A stretch of 64,000 nucleotides of DNA from an uncultured Nitrososphaeraceae archaeon (GCA_963825865.1 CAWGVG010000007.1:17209-81208); one strand, 5' to 3'; positions 20,531-34,435 are shown, counted from the first letter of the stretch. Numbers and translations: made by a program. The notes: generated from the letters alone by a model not told the origin.

Positions 20531-21256
20531 CTATGGGGCATTATTATATAAGGCATATATTTTCTTCTTATATGCAATTTGGAATCCCAGATTTTTGTAA
20601 AATTGAATTAACCCTTCCTTGCTAAATGTTTGAAGAAATAGAAAACCTAAATTCTCTTGTCGAGCTACTCTCAAAGAAATTTTTATCATTCTCTTTGCTA
20701 TCCCTTGACCCCTAAAAGAGGAAAGTGTTCCTAGACAATAGAGGCCCATTAAATTATATCTATTGAATAATGCAACACATCCACCAGGAATTTTACTGTA
20801 ATTGTCATTTATATATGACACTAGTAGTGTAAGTTCTTTAAAATGTAATTTAACTACTTTTTCCACTTCAGATTTCCAATCGCGTGCGTCAAATGATTTA
20901 CAAAATACATCTATCCAAACCGGTAGCGAATGTAAGTCAATTTTTGTTACTTGAATATTATATTCATCATTTTCGAAGTTAGTCAGATCAGATTTTAACA
21001 CTTGCATTGTGTCTATGAGCGAAAATCCCCTTTTCAACAATATATTTTCTAGGTCCCTATCATTATCACTAATATACACATAACTATTCAATACTCTCTT
21101 TGAAAATATTCTAATTGTTTTCTCGATGATGGCCTCGATATCAGGACAAGCTACATTATTCAGTCTATTAAAAAAGTAATCACCTGCAAGTTTTTCATTG
21201 ATGAATAGATATCTGCACAATTCCTTATTCTGATGTGTTGTGTCCATAAAGAGCAA
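20531..21256 (-). CDS. GNAT family N-acetyltransferase
   Basis: LGTLSSFRGQGIA acetyl-CoA motif, FYKNLGF. Confidence 0.9.
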   Translation of the reverse strand: MLFMDTTHQNKELCRYLFINEKLAGDYFFNRLNNVACPDIEAIIEKTIRIFSKRVLNSYVYISDNDRDLENILLKRGFSLIDTMQVLKSDLTNFENDEYNIQVTKIDLHSLPVWIDVFCKSFDARDWKSEVEKVVKLHFKELTLLVSYINDNYSKIPGGCVALFNRYNLMGLYCLGTLSSFRGQGIAKRMIKISLRVARQENLGFLFLQTFSKEGLIQFYKNLGFQIAYKKKIYALYNNAP

Positions 21257-21716
21257 AAGTCGGATTCATTATATTCCATACTTCTTTTATTAAATTTATT
21301 GTTGTTTGTTGTGCCACTATCACCCATCGCAATAGTTATGGATTTATCTAAGAATTTAAATTTATCAACTGAAGATTAATAATTATTATCACATATTGTA
21401 ATTATGTTAGCAGAGTATGATTATGTAGCCATACCGCTATCACTCCACCGTTTAATTTAAAGGAATTAATTTTTTTTATCAGCCTTTCAGTAATTCGATA
21501 TTCTTCTATATCATTGCTAGTTGGTATCACTTATCGATATAACGATAGGATCATTTGGAATTTCATATGCAAGAGTATTTGCAATGATATTTCACCAAAA
21601 TCTAAACTTGCTATGTCGTTCAAATAATGACGAATTAAAACTATATTGTCAAATTGGATATTTACATTGTAAATTCGATAAGCTTATTTAAGATAAATCG
21701 ACTGATCCATCATAAT

Positions 21717-21942
21717 ATGTCTTCTGGTCCAGAGCTTGGCCTTGCTACTATGTATCGGGTAATTAAAAAATCAGGTGCAGAGAGAGTTAGTGATGATGCT
21801 GCCGATGAACTTCGCAAGATTCTCGAAGATGTTGCGGAGAGAATCTCCAAGCAAGCAGTTGGATTTATCAAATCATGCAGGTCGAAAAACGATAAAATCT
21901 GAAGATGTCCGTCTTGCTGCCAAGAATATATTAAAACTTTAA
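21717..21942 (+). CDS. Archaeal histone, frameshift near 21861
   Basis: MSSGPELGLATMYRVIKKSGAERVSDDAADEL...AVDLSNHAGRKTIKSEDVRLA. Confidence 0.95.
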
Positions 21943-22140
21943 TCAAATTGGTTTCCTGAAGATCGTTCTACGAAAATAAATTATAAAAAATATCTCAAAA
22001 CTGTTATATGATATACCTTCGCATTTCCTATGCTTGTAGAATGGCAAGTTAGGCGACAGAGTTATAGAAGTCAAACTGACTCATATATCAACTATTAACT
22101 TTAAATTTAGAATACTGTAAGAGTTACAGTAGTACGTTGT

Positions 22141-22230
22141 GGTGGGGTGGCAGAACGGCTATGCGTTCGCCTGCAGGAAATGAGATTTGCAGCTAGCGAA
22201 TTTACAAGGGTTCGAATCCCTTCCCCACCT
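22141..22230 (+). tRNA. tRNA-Cys(GCA) with ~18-nt canonical 37/38 intron
   Basis: GGTGGGG/CCCCACC-T acceptor, TTCGC-CTGCAG[intron]A-GCGAA, AAGGGTTCGAATCCCTT. Confidence 0.9.
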
Positions 22231-22723
22231 CACTATTATAGAATCATAATACATAAAGTCGACTCCTCTTATATACCCGAATAAAACAAAAGCTAAATGT
22301 ATAATACCTTTAGTATGTGGTAAAATTAGACGTAGGTTGTAAGATTCTTATCGATAGAAAACACCAAATATTCGTGTAGATCTATTGGTAGATATGGTTC
22401 CACTATTTTTATTGGTTATCCTTTTAATTCTTCCGAAGGGAACGGTAAGAAATGAAGGCACTTTTTTCATAATGCTAACAATTTTAATTGTACTTATCGT
22501 AGTTGCAATAGTTCTTAGAAGAAAAAGACGTGAAAATAGATAACAATAAGGGATTTGAATTGGCATTTTAAAAAAGCCTCCATGTTATATACCTTGCTCT
22601 TTTTACTTCTGGCTACCTAGAATACAAACTTGCGGACCGAGAAGCGTATCTTATACGATTAACTCGAGGTTTGAAATTAAGTAAGTTGGATGCTACTATA
22701 GTCGGTAAAATGAGCATATGCTG

Positions 22724-23288
22724 CTAAATGGCAAATCGTTCTATCTTACTAGTTTCAGTTATTTGTGACACTAGTCCTTTTATTTTATCTATATCTATTT
22801 CGAAGTAAAGACCTGTAGCTTTTGACAATTTCTTCATTGATCTTTTTAATATGGAAATACAAATATCTGATTCATCTTTTTCATCATGGACAAAGGCTGT
22901 CTGCGATTAAAATGATTCCATTCAATAGGTCTTTTTCTTCTGCATGAGAATTTTTCCATACATATTCAAGAATTTCATGAGCACTCCAATACTTTTCATC
23001 ATTAAATAAAGATCTTGCAGTTTTTATTGCCTCATCTTTATTCATGTGTTTTTCAACTATGTGTTGATATTCTGATAACGGCATAATTAACGTGAGTTTA
23101 TCGATAACATTTTCAACACTTTTATTGTCCGGAAGACTTGCATCAAATTCAATGCAGTGCTTCGATACACGTGTATCACGTACAATAATTTTTGAATCTG
23201 AAATTAAAACCCTGGCTCTCTTTAGTAATCTCGTTGCATCCTTTGGAGTGTAAGATTGATTCCTCAGATATATTATGTATCTTTGCAT
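22724..23288 (-). CDS. DUF309 domain protein, frameshift near 22900
   Basis: LFNDEKYWSAHEILEYVWK...LLNGIILIA. Confidence 0.8.
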
Positions 23289-23842
23289 GTAAAAGATCTT
23301 TCAATTAGAATATAAAAATAAACTTCTCTATTGTTAGACTAAAAGGGTATGGTTTTTATTGCAATCTAAGACAATAATATGACTAAAGCCATCCTTTTAG
23401 AGGAAGAACAATGGTTTTTCTAAATCTGTCACGATCATTCATGATAAATGTAAATCCATTTCCTGAATTGCTTGAATGAATGAACTTGGCTACAGGATAA
23501 TGGTTTTAGGATTTAATCTTCGATTTCATATAGCATAACCATCCGGATATGAGTATCAGATCTTTATTTTGATTTTTGTTCATATACATTCAAACAATTT
23601 TTGTTCTGTTGTATATATATGCTGATTCGCATCCTATACTAATTTCTGATAGTTAACTGACCAAACGTCTGAATTATCTGATTAAACTGTTGAATCATTT
23701 TAACTGTGTGAAAAGCCACCGAGCGGTATCGTTTGTTATATATATTATGGTGTTATTTTTTATTACTCTGCAATACTCTGCATTAATGTAAAAAAGGCAG
23801 ATAACATCATGAAAAAAGATTCATGTGTAGAATTCGAAGTGG

Positions 23843-24142
23843 TTGCGATTGGTATTGACAATTGATGAAAGAAAAGAGTTGGAGTCGCTTATTAAAGCGG
23901 CAATTAAAAACGTAAACATTCCAATAGATCTTGCTCGAAGGATGATGCCAACACAGGGCAATATTGAAGAATTTGCATATGGTCTCATTTCTGGAATGAT
24001 CATAGGAAACTTCATTGAACGATTTACAGATAAAAATGGTCGACAACCAGATAGAGTTGAAATGGCAGATCTATTTTTAATAATGGTAAGAAAAATGCCA
24101 TATATTCGTAAAGCTATAATGAACAAACTTGGGTCTGCTTGA
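23843..24142 (+). CDS. Conserved hypothetical protein
   Basis: Clean 99-aa helical ORF in the core block. Confidence 0.6.
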   Translation: MRLVLTIDERKELESLIKAAIKNVNIPIDLARRMMPTQGNIEEFAYGLISGMIIGNFIERFTDKNGRQPDRVEMADLFLIMVRKMPYIRKAIMNKLGSA

Positions 24143-24281
24143 GAGATTGCTGGCTGCTCATAATATATATCTTGTCAGATGGTTTTATAGTGATATCTCT
24201 ATCATTTATTTGAAACGTTGATGCATTATGATATATGAATATATACAGAGCAATTACATCTGATTTAACAGATTAGCAAAT

Positions 24282-25090
24282 TTGTCAGATCGAACTTTAC
24301 GCTAAAAACATTCACCGATAATTCATATAAAGCTATACATGAAGGAGCTTATGATTCTGAAGAGTATGATTTCAGTGGACATGAGTCTATAAGCATAAAA
24401 AAAACAATCCTTTCATGTCCTCATGCTCCTCTTATTATAGAGATAAAATCATCATCACCGTCCCGGGGAAGAATTATCAAAAGTGATGAAATCAATGTTA
24501 TCGAACAAGCATCCGTCATTGCCAGGTCAGGTGCAAGTGGGCTATCCGTTTTGACACAACCATATTTGTTTAATGGTTCTATTAAAAATTTGGCCATGAT
24601 TCGGCAGAAAGTCAAAGTTCCGCTCGCTCATGAAAGACATAACTGTCAGTGAAATTCAGATAGATGCTCGGCAAAACGAATAGGTTCTGATTGTGTGTTG
24701 CTTATCAAAACGATATTTGATCAGGATTTAGCAGAGGGTAGCATAGAAAAATTTGCAGAATATACTTACAAGAAAGGATTACAAGTTATTATTGAAGTAC
24801 ATTCCGAAAAGGAATTTGAAGAGGTCTTAAAACTTCAACAACAGACAAATTTAATTGGTATTAACAATCGTGATTTGAACAGTTTAATAACCGATATTTC
24901 TACTACTCAAAGATTGCTCAAGAAACATGACAAAGGAAAGAATATCATCATTAGCGAAAGTGGAATAAGCCAACCAGAGGAAATCCAATCTTTGAAAAAC
25001 GCAGGAGCTGATGCATTTCTGATAGGCACTAGTATTATGGAGTCAAATGACATCCTATCTAAAGTCAGAGAACTTTATCTTTCACTTTAG
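24282..25090 (+). CDS. trpC: Indole-3-glycerol phosphate synthase, frameshifted
   Basis: IEIKSSSPSRG, LSVLT, IEVH, IGINNRDL, ISESGI, FLIGTSIM; upstream of trpB. Confidence 0.9.
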
Positions 25091-25152
25091 CTCTTTTTAA
25101 TTAAATCCGAATGTCTTAATACTCCTTCAAGGTAACAATTAGATCCCTAAAT

Positions 25153-26382
25153 ATGCGGAGCAATTATCCTGTCAATGGTAGATTTGGAAAGTATGGAGGA
25201 AAGTATATTCCTGAAACTCTTGTTCCAGCTATAGAAGAGCTGGAAGTAGCATATGAAAAATACAAGGGGAATTCTGAATTTCAGAATCAACTTTCATATT
25301 ATTTAACTCAGTATGCAGGCCGTCCAACACCACTTTATCTTGCAAAAAACCTTACAGAGTACGTAGGAGGAGCAAAGATCTATCTAAAAAGAGAGGATCT
25401 TTTACACGGGGGTGCTCACAAAACAAATAATACTCTCGGCCAGGGCCTGCTGGCAAAACGCATGGGTAAAAAAAGAATTATTGCCGAAACCGGAGCTGGT
25501 CAACACGGCGTAGGAACTGCTATCGCATCGGCAGTGCTTGGCTTGAACTCCGAAATATACATGGGTTCTAAGGACGTAGAAAGACAAAAGCTAAATGTTT
25601 TTCGTATGCAGTTACTTGGTGCGAAGGTTCATACAGTTGAATCTGGAACTCAAACTCTAAAAGATGCAATTAATGATGCATTGCGTGACTGGACAACCAA
25701 TGTTCAAAATACTTATTATCTTATTGGATTTGTGGTAGGACCTCATCCTTACCCGATGATGGTAAGGGACTTTCAAAGCATAATTGGGTATGAAATAAAG
25801 CAACAGATGCAAGAATTATCCAATAATTTGCCAAATGCAATTGTAGCATGTGTAGGTGGCGGTAGCAACGCGATAGGAACATTCTACCCCTTTGTAGACG
25901 AATCTGATGTTCTGCTATATGGAGTAGAAGCAGGAGGTGAAGGTGTTAATTCTGGAAAGCATTCTGCAACATTGTCGGCCGGTTCAGAGGGAATTTTACA
26001 TGGAATGTTGACTTACCTTTTGCAAGATAGATTCGGCCAAGTAACTGATACGCATAGTATTTCTGCGGGGTTGGATTATCCTGGAGTAGGTCCGGAACAT
26101 GCATTATTAAAGGATCTTGACAGGGTAAATTATATTGATTGTATAGACGACGATGCTGTAGAAGCATTTTTAATGCTGTCTAAGCTTGAGGGTATAATTC
26201 CTGCTTTAGAACCCTCTCATGCTGTATCATACGCAATGAAACTTGCAAATAAAATGGATAAAAATGAAAATATTGTGGTTACATTATCTGGACGTGGTGA
26301 TAAGGATGTTGAGGTTGTTTTAGAATATTTGAAAATGAAGGAAAAACAGAGCGAAAAATATGGTAAAAAGCCTAGAAGGTAA
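25153..26382 (+). CDS. trpB: Tryptophan synthase beta chain
   Basis: [53 protein letters not shown]. Confidence 0.97.
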   Translation: MRSNYPVNGRFGKYGGKYIPETLVPAIEELEVAYEKYKGNSEFQNQLSYYLTQYAGRPTPLYLAKNLTEYVGGAKIYLKREDLLHGGAHKTNNTLGQGLLAKRMGKKRIIAETGAGQHGVGTAIASAVLGLNSEIYMGSKDVERQKLNVFRMQLLGAKVHTVESGTQTLKDAINDALRDWTTNVQNTYYLIGFVVGPHPYPMMVRDFQSIIGYEIKQQMQELSNNLPNAIVACVGGGSNAIGTFYPFVDESDVLLYGVEAGGEGVNSGKHSATLSAGSEGILHGMLTYLLQDRFGQVTDTHSISAGLDYPGVGPEHALLKDLDRVNYIDCIDDDAVEAFLMLSKLEGIIPALEPSHAVSYAMKLANKMDKNENIVVTLSGRGDKDVEVVLEYLKMKEKQSEKYGKKPRR

Positions 26383-27100
26383 CAGACTAAATATGAAACT
26401 TCAAGAATTATCGAAAAAGAATGAACATGCACTGATTTGCTACGTGGTCGCAGGATATGCTGATATGACAACAACCGAAGAGATAGTCTCTTCTCTGGTT
26501 TCGGCTCCAGCCGATATAATATGCTTTGCAAAAGGGCATAGACCTGACAAATGTTTAAAAATTTTAAAAAATATTAGAAAAATTTCCCGATTTACCAATT
26601 CTTACTATGACTTATTCAAATATTTTACTAAGAGCAGGCTTTGGAAATTTTATGATACAATCAAGAGTCTGGAATTGATGGATTTATTCTTCCTGATATG
26701 GCGATTGAAGAGTCGAAGTACTATGTCGAAGAGGCATCAAAACTTGGTCTTACGATATTTCTAGTATCTCCTAATACAAGTCAATGTGGCATCTTCAGGG
26801 TTTGTATATATGGTCTCAGTCTATGGAATAACCGGAACTCGAGAATCGTTTGATTATAGTTTGGATGCAATAAAGAATATCAAACAAGTTGCCGGAACGA
26901 AAATCCCAGTAGATGTAAGATTTGGAATTAGCACCCCTTCACACATAAGGCTCATGAGTAATGCTGGCGCCGATGCAATCATAATCGGTAGCGCTATTAT
27001 CAATAAAATGAAATGTTTACTAACAAGAAAATATGCTTCAAAAATTATAATACACTTTGTCGGCTATTACAAGCAAATAGAATATAATCAATATAGGTGA
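26360..27100 (+). CDS. trpA: Tryptophan synthase alpha chain, frameshifted with an apparent internal deletion
   Basis: [41 protein letters not shown]. Confidence 0.85.
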
Positions 27101-27136
27101 CAAATTAAATATCACGACAGATAGAAGTAAGCTATT

Positions 27137-27937
27137 GTGAATGAAAAAGATTTAAAAGACCTCTTCATTAGTTCTGTTAAATCAGATCACATAGCCAATA
27201 ATCACTTTCTACCAACTTCTGCTAATATTAATAGAGATATAATAATAAAGCAGGAAGGCTATTTTAGGAACTTTGACCTCATAATTGCAATTATAGAGAA
27301 AAATAATGACTGCGATATTAAATTTGAGTCTATTGAAGCATACGATAACTATCTTAACATATTGATGAGAACTGATATGCTGGCAGAGTTTGCCAAGAGT
27401 GAAAAATGCCGAATAGATTGGATTCGGTTCTACGCCGTTGAACTCAAATCTGACAATGATGTTCTCGATGAGCGTCTGCCTCATCAAATTCTTAATGCAA
27501 TTTTGACTTTTGGAAGGTCTGTGATTGTATTGGATGAAAAGCATTGCAGAAGAGCAAAGCTACAAGGAACACTAAGATTAATTCCTGCCACTATAATAGG
27601 TTATACCGGAAAAGGTGACCACTTCGAAGTCCTTTCAGTATTTGATAGACTTCTTACAAACGCTATGTTTAATATAGAGAAAAGGAAGCTTGCCAAGCTT
27701 TTAATGGCTAATGGAATTAATAACGGAACAGACAAAATATATCGTTGTTTTGCAAATATTCAAAGGATAAATCAAAAACTTGCTTTTAACCAATTATATA
27801 ATGAAAACCTTCGCTTTATTAAGGAAGAGATAGAATTTATACAAAAGCTCGTTGATATTCCGAACTTTTCAGAAAAAAAACTGCTAGTAGATTTGATAAA
27901 GCAGACCACAAATACTAGGATTACTGATTATCTCTAA
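27137..27937 (+). CDS. Conserved hypothetical protein, PD-(D/E)xK-like motif
   Basis: FDLIIA...AVELKSDND.LDERL..QI. Confidence 0.6.
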   Translation: MNEKDLKDLFISSVKSDHIANNHFLPTSANINRDIIIKQEGYFRNFDLIIAIIEKNNDCDIKFESIEAYDNYLNILMRTDMLAEFAKSEKCRIDWIRFYAVELKSDNDVLDERLPHQILNAILTFGRSVIVLDEKHCRRAKLQGTLRLIPATIIGYTGKGDHFEVLSVFDRLLTNAMFNIEKRKLAKLLMANGINNGTDKIYRCFANIQRINQKLAFNQLYNENLRFIKEEIEFIQKLVDIPNFSEKKLLVDLIKQTTNTRITDYL

Positions 27938-28533
27938 TTTTGACGTTGAGGCTTTCAAGTGGTTTTGCCACATGCACATCAGACAATATATGTGATCTGC
28001 ACCTGTCAGAATTTGATCTATTATAGAGAAGACAGAGAGAAACATATTAATCATAAAATTATGATTATTAACTACTAATAAGGAAAAATAGCGTCTAAAA
28101 ATATTGGGTCTGTTGTAAGCGCGAATTATACTTAAACGATTAAATCGCCTTACTTGATATATTTGGTAAATGGTTTGTATTCACTTTTTTATATTCAAGA
28201 AGTCACGATCTATATTTGAACATTCATGCAATAGCCGTGTCTGTTTTTATCATGAATATGATACAGAATATGAAATAAGTCCACGCCTGTTCTGTTATAG
28301 GATATTCTTTTATTTTCACTTATGTAAGATTTATACTATCTGTTATTGTATGGATGTCCCAGTACATTAGTAAGGTGAGCCTTCTAAAGCACTGTAGCAG
28401 AATCAGTACAATCAAAGGAGGAAGATAAAACTACAAAGCAGAGTTTCATAAAAATAATCAACGTGCTTTAAAATAGCAGATAAAAATGTTATACCATGGA
28501 TTTAACCCGATATCATATTAAAAGTAAACTCTG

Positions 28534-28872
28534 TCATGAAAGAACAATCCCTGACATGTCTTTTGCAAATAGCATATTATTCAAAGTGACTTGAAATTTT
28601 GCATTATCACGTTCTATAATTACTTCAATGTCGTCAAGAGAATCTGATATATTTGCATCTTCTAATTTTTTTAAAATGACGTGAATAGACTCGTGGGAAA
28701 TTAACGCTTCTATAAACCGTTCGATATAATTAAAGTCATTTATGTTAAACTTGGCGTGATTTTTTGATTGTATAATCAACATTGTATGATCCTCATATGT
28801 GAAATATGCTGGAGATTCATCCACCGCGCAGGCTAAAGCAAATTCATTTATTGTCATGCCAGATATACACAC
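28534..28872 (-). CDS. Conserved hypothetical protein with HExxH motif
   Basis: LISHESIHVIL. Confidence 0.6.
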   Translation of the reverse strand: MCISGMTINEFALACAVDESPAYFTYEDHTMLIIQSKNHAKFNINDFNYIERFIEALISHESIHVILKKLEDANISDSLDDIEVIIERDNAKFQVTLNNMLFAKDMSGIVLS

Positions 28873-29344
28873 ACATTCTGATCAATATATAACAGATACG
28901 TCATGTCGTCTCAAAATCTGTTCGATTATAAATATTCTGTTAGCTTCTGTTGTTCATATACATGATGTATCGATTCTTATATTTGATCGATATTTTCTGT
29001 CATCAATAATAATATATAGATGTTTTAAAAGAATCAGATTTTCTCCTAGACCCTGTCAGTCGAATAAGTTAGCTATATCTAATGAAACTTTTCCCTGTTC
29101 CATTTGATTCCTTTGCCAGTTTATAGTGAATTCTTTTTTATAACTTTTGGTTATATATAATAAAGCAGATTATTGAAGGGTATGCAATTATCAGCCTGCC
29201 TCTTAACGCTATATTTTTGTATATATTCACGTGAAAAAATAGATGATAGGCCATAATAGGGATAAAATATACCTTTACTCCTGCTATATATAAGATAAAT
29301 CATTATTTTTTTGTGCGTTGCCTTTAATATTAAGAGCGGAATAT

Positions 29345-31863
29345 TCAAAGTACAAAATATTCAGCTTCTGGATGATGTACTATAATAGCGGCGGTCGATT
29401 GATCAGGGATTATTTGTCCAGATTCAGTTAACGTCATCCCTGATTTCGTTGGATCTATTATTTTCCAGACCAATTGATGTTGAGATATGTCAGGACAGCT
29501 AGGGTAACCCCAGCTATACCTAAGACCACGTTTGGTGCCGATTTTAAGCTCGTTCTTTATCCTCAAATTAATCCACTCGGCCAACGCTTCGGCAGTTTCT
29601 ACGGCCAATCCGTGCAAATAATATGCATCAGTATACATATTATCTTTGTTCCATTCATCCAGCACCTCGGTTACCTTATTACCTACTGTAACTGCCTGAA
29701 AAGCTACAATGTCATTTTCACCAAAGTAGTCTGTCAAGCATAGATGCTTTTCCTTTGAAGACCTTGGAAAATCAAAAATGACCTGTTTCTCATTATTGTG
29801 TAAATCTACTACAAGATTGCTATTCATGTTATGACATCTGAAATAGCCGTAAACTGCATTTGGCTCAAATAGCTTTTCTTTAATTATCCTTGCTTTCCAT
29901 TCTTCAAACAATTTTTCAGCTTCTTCACTTAAGCTTTCAGCACCCTTGCCACGAATTCCCCAAGAAAGCACAAAGAGCGATTTTTTGTTTATGAACTTCC
30001 ATACTTCCGTTAGATCAATTTGCTTCGGTTCTAATCTTATGAGTTTGTTGAAGTATGGTGGAATAGGTGGTGGGAATGGCTTTATACCACTATGGGGTAA
30101 CTTTGTAGCCTCGACTCTAGGAGTTTGCTTCTCACTCCACGCTTCCAGCTTCTGATGCCATTCCGAAATAAACCCTGTCCTTTCCTTAGACATTAGTGTG
30201 TTTATGATCTTTAGACCATCAAATGCGGTTTTGCAGTAAAATATGCCTGGAGTGTAAACACCACCCTCTTTTGCAATCCTGTTTATGTAGCTGCTATTAA
30301 TAGCAGCACCTCCACATAGTACAGGAATCTTCATATTGTTCTGTTTTGCATATTCTACAAAATACTGCATTTGTTTTGAAGTTGATACGAGTAACGCAGA
30401 AAGCCCCACCGCATCAGCGTCAACTTCATTAATTTTTTCAAGAATACTTTGCAGCGGAACTTGTTTGCCAAGATCATACACTGTATATCCATTGTTTATG
30501 AAAATAGTTTTTACTAGATTCTTACCTATGTCATGAACATCTCCATATACAGTAACATAGTACTAACTTGCCTTTGCTAACCCCTTCATCTCTGATCAGA
30601 TACTTTTCTAACTCACTAACCGCAGCTTTCATACACTCTGCAGATTTGAGTACAAATGGTAAAATGAGTTCACCAGCACCAAATTTGTCTCCGACTTCCT
30701 TCATTGCTGGGAGTAAAACTTCGTTTAATGTCTGTACCTGCCGCTTCATGCGCGTCTTCCTTCGTAGCTTCAAGTATTAACTTATTATTGCCATCTCTCA
30801 CTATATTGGCATTTCCTGAGACCCTATCTGATATTGCAGCTACAACGTCATCTTCTATTTGATCCTTGAGTCTATTGACAATTCTAAAGTAACACCTCTT
30901 ACTTGCTGCCCAGTTTGGATTTACCTCTATCCTTTTAACAGAACTAGCATAGGAAACCGTTTTTACACCTTCAAAGTAAGAAATTAGTTCTGCAAGTGCA
31001 TTGGAATGAGTATTGAAAATGAGATCCTCTGCATTCTTCCGCTGGACTGGATCGATGTCTATATATGGAATAATATCTTTGGCATTAATAATAACTGTAT
31101 CGAGTCCTGCTTTTATTGCATAATGTAAAAATACAGAATTGACTATTTTTCTGGCCTTTAATGGAAGGCCAAAACTAACGTTGCTTAGACCCAATGTAGT
31201 GAAGCATCCTGGAATATTTTCTTTTACCAAACGTATACCTTCAAGTGTAGCTTTTGCAGACTCTAGGAATTCTGCCTCTCCAGTAGCCAATGTAAATGTG
31301 AGAACATCGAAAATAAACTGCCACGGCTGGAGACCATATTTTTTGCCTGTTTCGAAGAGAAGCTGTGCAGTTTCTAGCTTTTCTCCGGAGGTCTTGGCCA
31401 TCCCCTTTGGTCCTATACACATTGCAATAGCAGGAGCACCATATTTTGCCATCAAAGGGGCCAGAGAGTGAAACCTGCCTCCATCGCCTTCAAGATTGAT
31501 CGAGTTTATTATTGGCTTGCCTGGGATTTGTCTTAGGACAACTTCGATCACATTAGGGTCAGTCGAATCTATAACGAGTGGAGCACTTATCTCTAAACTT
31601 AATCGCTTGACAAGTGTTTTCATAAATTCAAGTTCGTCAGAGCGTTCAGTAGTAGCCACACAGATATCAAGACAATGCGCACCATCTTCTATTTGTGTTC
31701 TAGCTAAATTTACAAGACCATCAAAATCATTATTGAGTACCATCTGCTTTGCTTTTCTAGACCCTTGAGTATTGAGGCGTTCACCAATTATGAGAGGTGG
31801 AGGCTCTTGTCTTAGATCAACTGCGTTTAATGCTGAACTGATTCTAGGCACATTCTTCTTCAT
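29345..31863 (-). CDS. metH: Cobalamin-dependent methionine synthase, pterin-, B12-binding and reactivation domains, frameshifted
   Basis: IGERLNTQGS, IDST, INSINLE, GLSNVSFG, GDVHDIGKNLV, GLSALL, RYSWGYPSCPD. Confidence 0.93.
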
Positions 31864-31927
31864 GAGATATTACTGGTCTTTTTTGATCAAATCCTATCTA
31901 ATATCTTACGGTTGTGGCTGCCTATAA

Positions 31928-32870
31928 CTAATGTTGCTGATCTAGCATTTTACGCATTTCAGCTATATGTTGAGGATTAGTTCCACAACAACCACCGATT
32001 ATACGAACACGATTATATTTTTGGATAAAATCCCTGAGTCTTTCTGCTATTTCCTGAGGCGACATTTTGTAAACTGCTTTGCCACCCTCATTTTGAGGCA
32101 TCCCTGCATTGGGCATAACTAGTATAGGTAATTCGTCTTGTTCACTTAACCATCTCACACTTGGTGTCATCTCCATTGGACCTGTCGAGCAATTCAATCC
32201 AAAAACATTGATACCCATATCACTTATGATAGTATAAGCAGCCTGAATATTAGTTCCAAGGAGCATCTTGCCATATTGATCCAGCGTAACATTAGCAATG
32301 ATTGGAACTTTCTTCCCCACTTGTTGCATAGCCTCATGACATGCCTCAATAGCCAATTTGACTTCAAGTATGTCTTGGCTTGTCTCAATCAGTAGTGCAT
32401 CAACTCCTCCTAAGAGTAACCCTTCAGCCTGTGGTGCAAATGCTTCTCTTATTTCATTAACAGATTTTTGTCCTAGATCCGGATCCGTGGAGACTTGGCA
32501 AATATCCTGTTGGACCCATAGAACCTATAACATATCGTCGCTTATCAGCAAATATATCGCAAACCTCTCTTGCAAGTTCGGCGGCTTTTTTGTTAAATTC
32601 CCTGGTTTTATCACCGTAACCATATTCATCGAGTTTGAACTTATTACTTCCGAATGTATTTGTTTCAATACAATCTGCTCCGGCTTTCAGGTAATTTATG
32701 TGAATTTGCTTGATCCATTCTGGTTTGCTAAGAATCAAACCATCGTTAAAGCCATCTTTTGTATCTGGAAAGTCCTCCAACTTTGGATTTAAACATTGGA
32801 TTTCTGTTCCCATTGCTCCGTCAAATAGAAGAATCCGATTCTGAAGTGCCTCATTAAATGATTCTGACAT
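31928..32870 (-). CDS. metH: Methionine synthase homocysteine-binding domain (split MetH N-terminal gene), frameshifted
   Basis: FDGAMGT, GADCIETNTF, GLNCSTGP, PNAGMP, IGGCCGT. Confidence 0.93.
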
Positions 32871-33162
32871 TGAAGAGTATAATTGAAACTCCTATCAGAG
32901 TATAATAGTTTTGCACTTTAACATATGTCGCTTGTCATCTAGGATGTAATTAATACCATTAAGGCAATTGTCGACTGCTGCCTGTTAATTTAACGACCTA
33001 CTTAAAGTATTATCATATGCAGTCATCTATTTTCCTTTTTAATCGGTCAAACATGCTTTTTGATTAAGACAATAATATGTACAAATACCCACATAGGTGC
33101 TATATGCTTTAGTTGTGGATACTTCATATATTATAAGTTATAATGTCTCGTTATGCTATAGT

Positions 33163-33237
33163 GGGTCCATAGTTCAGCTTGGATAGAATGGCTCCCTGCG
33201 GAGCAGTTGGTCGAGGGTTCGAATCCCTCTGGACCCG
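33163..33237 (+). tRNA. tRNA-Arg(GCG)
   Basis: GGGTCCA/TGGACCC-G acceptor, CT-GCG-GA loop, GAGGGTTCGAATCCCTC; one C-C mismatch in the anticodon stem. Confidence 0.9.
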
Positions 33238-33298
33238 CATCGTTTTTCATTCGAATCCACAATGCTTAAGAGAAAGCAACTGCATATACCAATGAAAA

Positions 33299-34415
33299 GT
33301 GTCTGGAAAAACGGTCTATAGATCGATTCTAAACGGCTTGCCTATTAAGGATCTTTATGAAAGGCGCCTAATTGGTTTTTTGAAGATGGCGAATATGACG
33401 CCTGATGAGTTTGTGAATTTAGCAAAAAAGAATCCTCTTCTTGCTGAAAGAAAAATAATATCTTTTATCTCAACACAAAACTTAAGAGCCGAAAAAGGGG
33501 AAATAACCTCAGGTACAGTTGGCAATTCTTTAAAGGCTATCAGGTTAATTTTGGAAATGAATGATGGCCTTCTTAATTGGAAAAAGGTAAGGCGAGTTCT
33601 TCCACGAGCAAGAAGGTATGCAATTGATAGAATCCCAACAGTTGAAGAAATTCGAGAAATTATAAACGCTGCAGATCAGAGAGGTACGGCTTTGACTCAT
33701 GTATTATTATCTAGTGGAGTACGAGAGGGAGCCATCGAATATTTCAAGATGAGCGATTATACACATACCGAAAGAGATGGAAGGATAGTGGCAGGACGTT
33801 TGGTAGTTTACAATGGAGAGCCAGACAGATATGTAACTTTTGTAAGCCCGGAGGCATGCCATGCTCTTGATAAATATTTAGACTTCAGAAGAGAGCATGG
33901 AGAAGAGGTGAATAGTAGTTCGCCATTATATCGTGACAAGTTTGATCCAATTAAAGGATTGTATGGTCATGGTAAGAAGGATTCCAAAGAAATAGTTATA
34001 CCCATGACTGCTCCCGCTGTAAGACAGTACTACAATAGGCTTCTTTATTCTATTGGAATTAGAAATGAAAAAAAGAAGAGACATGACTTTTCAGTCCATG
34101 GATTTAGAAAATTCTTTAAAACAAAAGCTGAACTAGGAGGCATGAAACCTATCAACGTTGAAACACTAATGGGACATCGTACCTGGTATAAGCGATTCAT
34201 ATTACAGGCCAACAGAAAAAGACCTTTTAGAGGATTATTCAAAAGTTGTAGAACATCTTGCGATAACAACGGAAAGTATATTACAAATTGAAGTCAAGGA
34301 AGAAATTAGTCAAATGCAAGAACGTGATGCTATGAACTCTGACGCCATAACCACTTTATCAGATCAGGTAGCTAAATTAATGCACGAAATACAAGTGTTG
34401 AAGCAGCAGAAATAA
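33299..34415 (+). CDS. Tyrosine recombinase/integrase, frameshift near 34180
   Basis: SSGVREGA, HGFRKFF, LMGH, then GISDSYYRP in the next frame; same family as 12985..14263 (LNWKK..R.LP...A.DR.PT..EI). Confidence 0.9.
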
Positions 34416-34435
34416 TAATAATAATTTTCTGCAAG

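Noticed and set aside
24282-32870. Tryptophan/methionine auxotrophy through pseudogenisation
   Set aside because: The same indel pattern breaks the histone gene, so sequencing error is more parsimonious. The two-gene MetH split is normal for this lineage.
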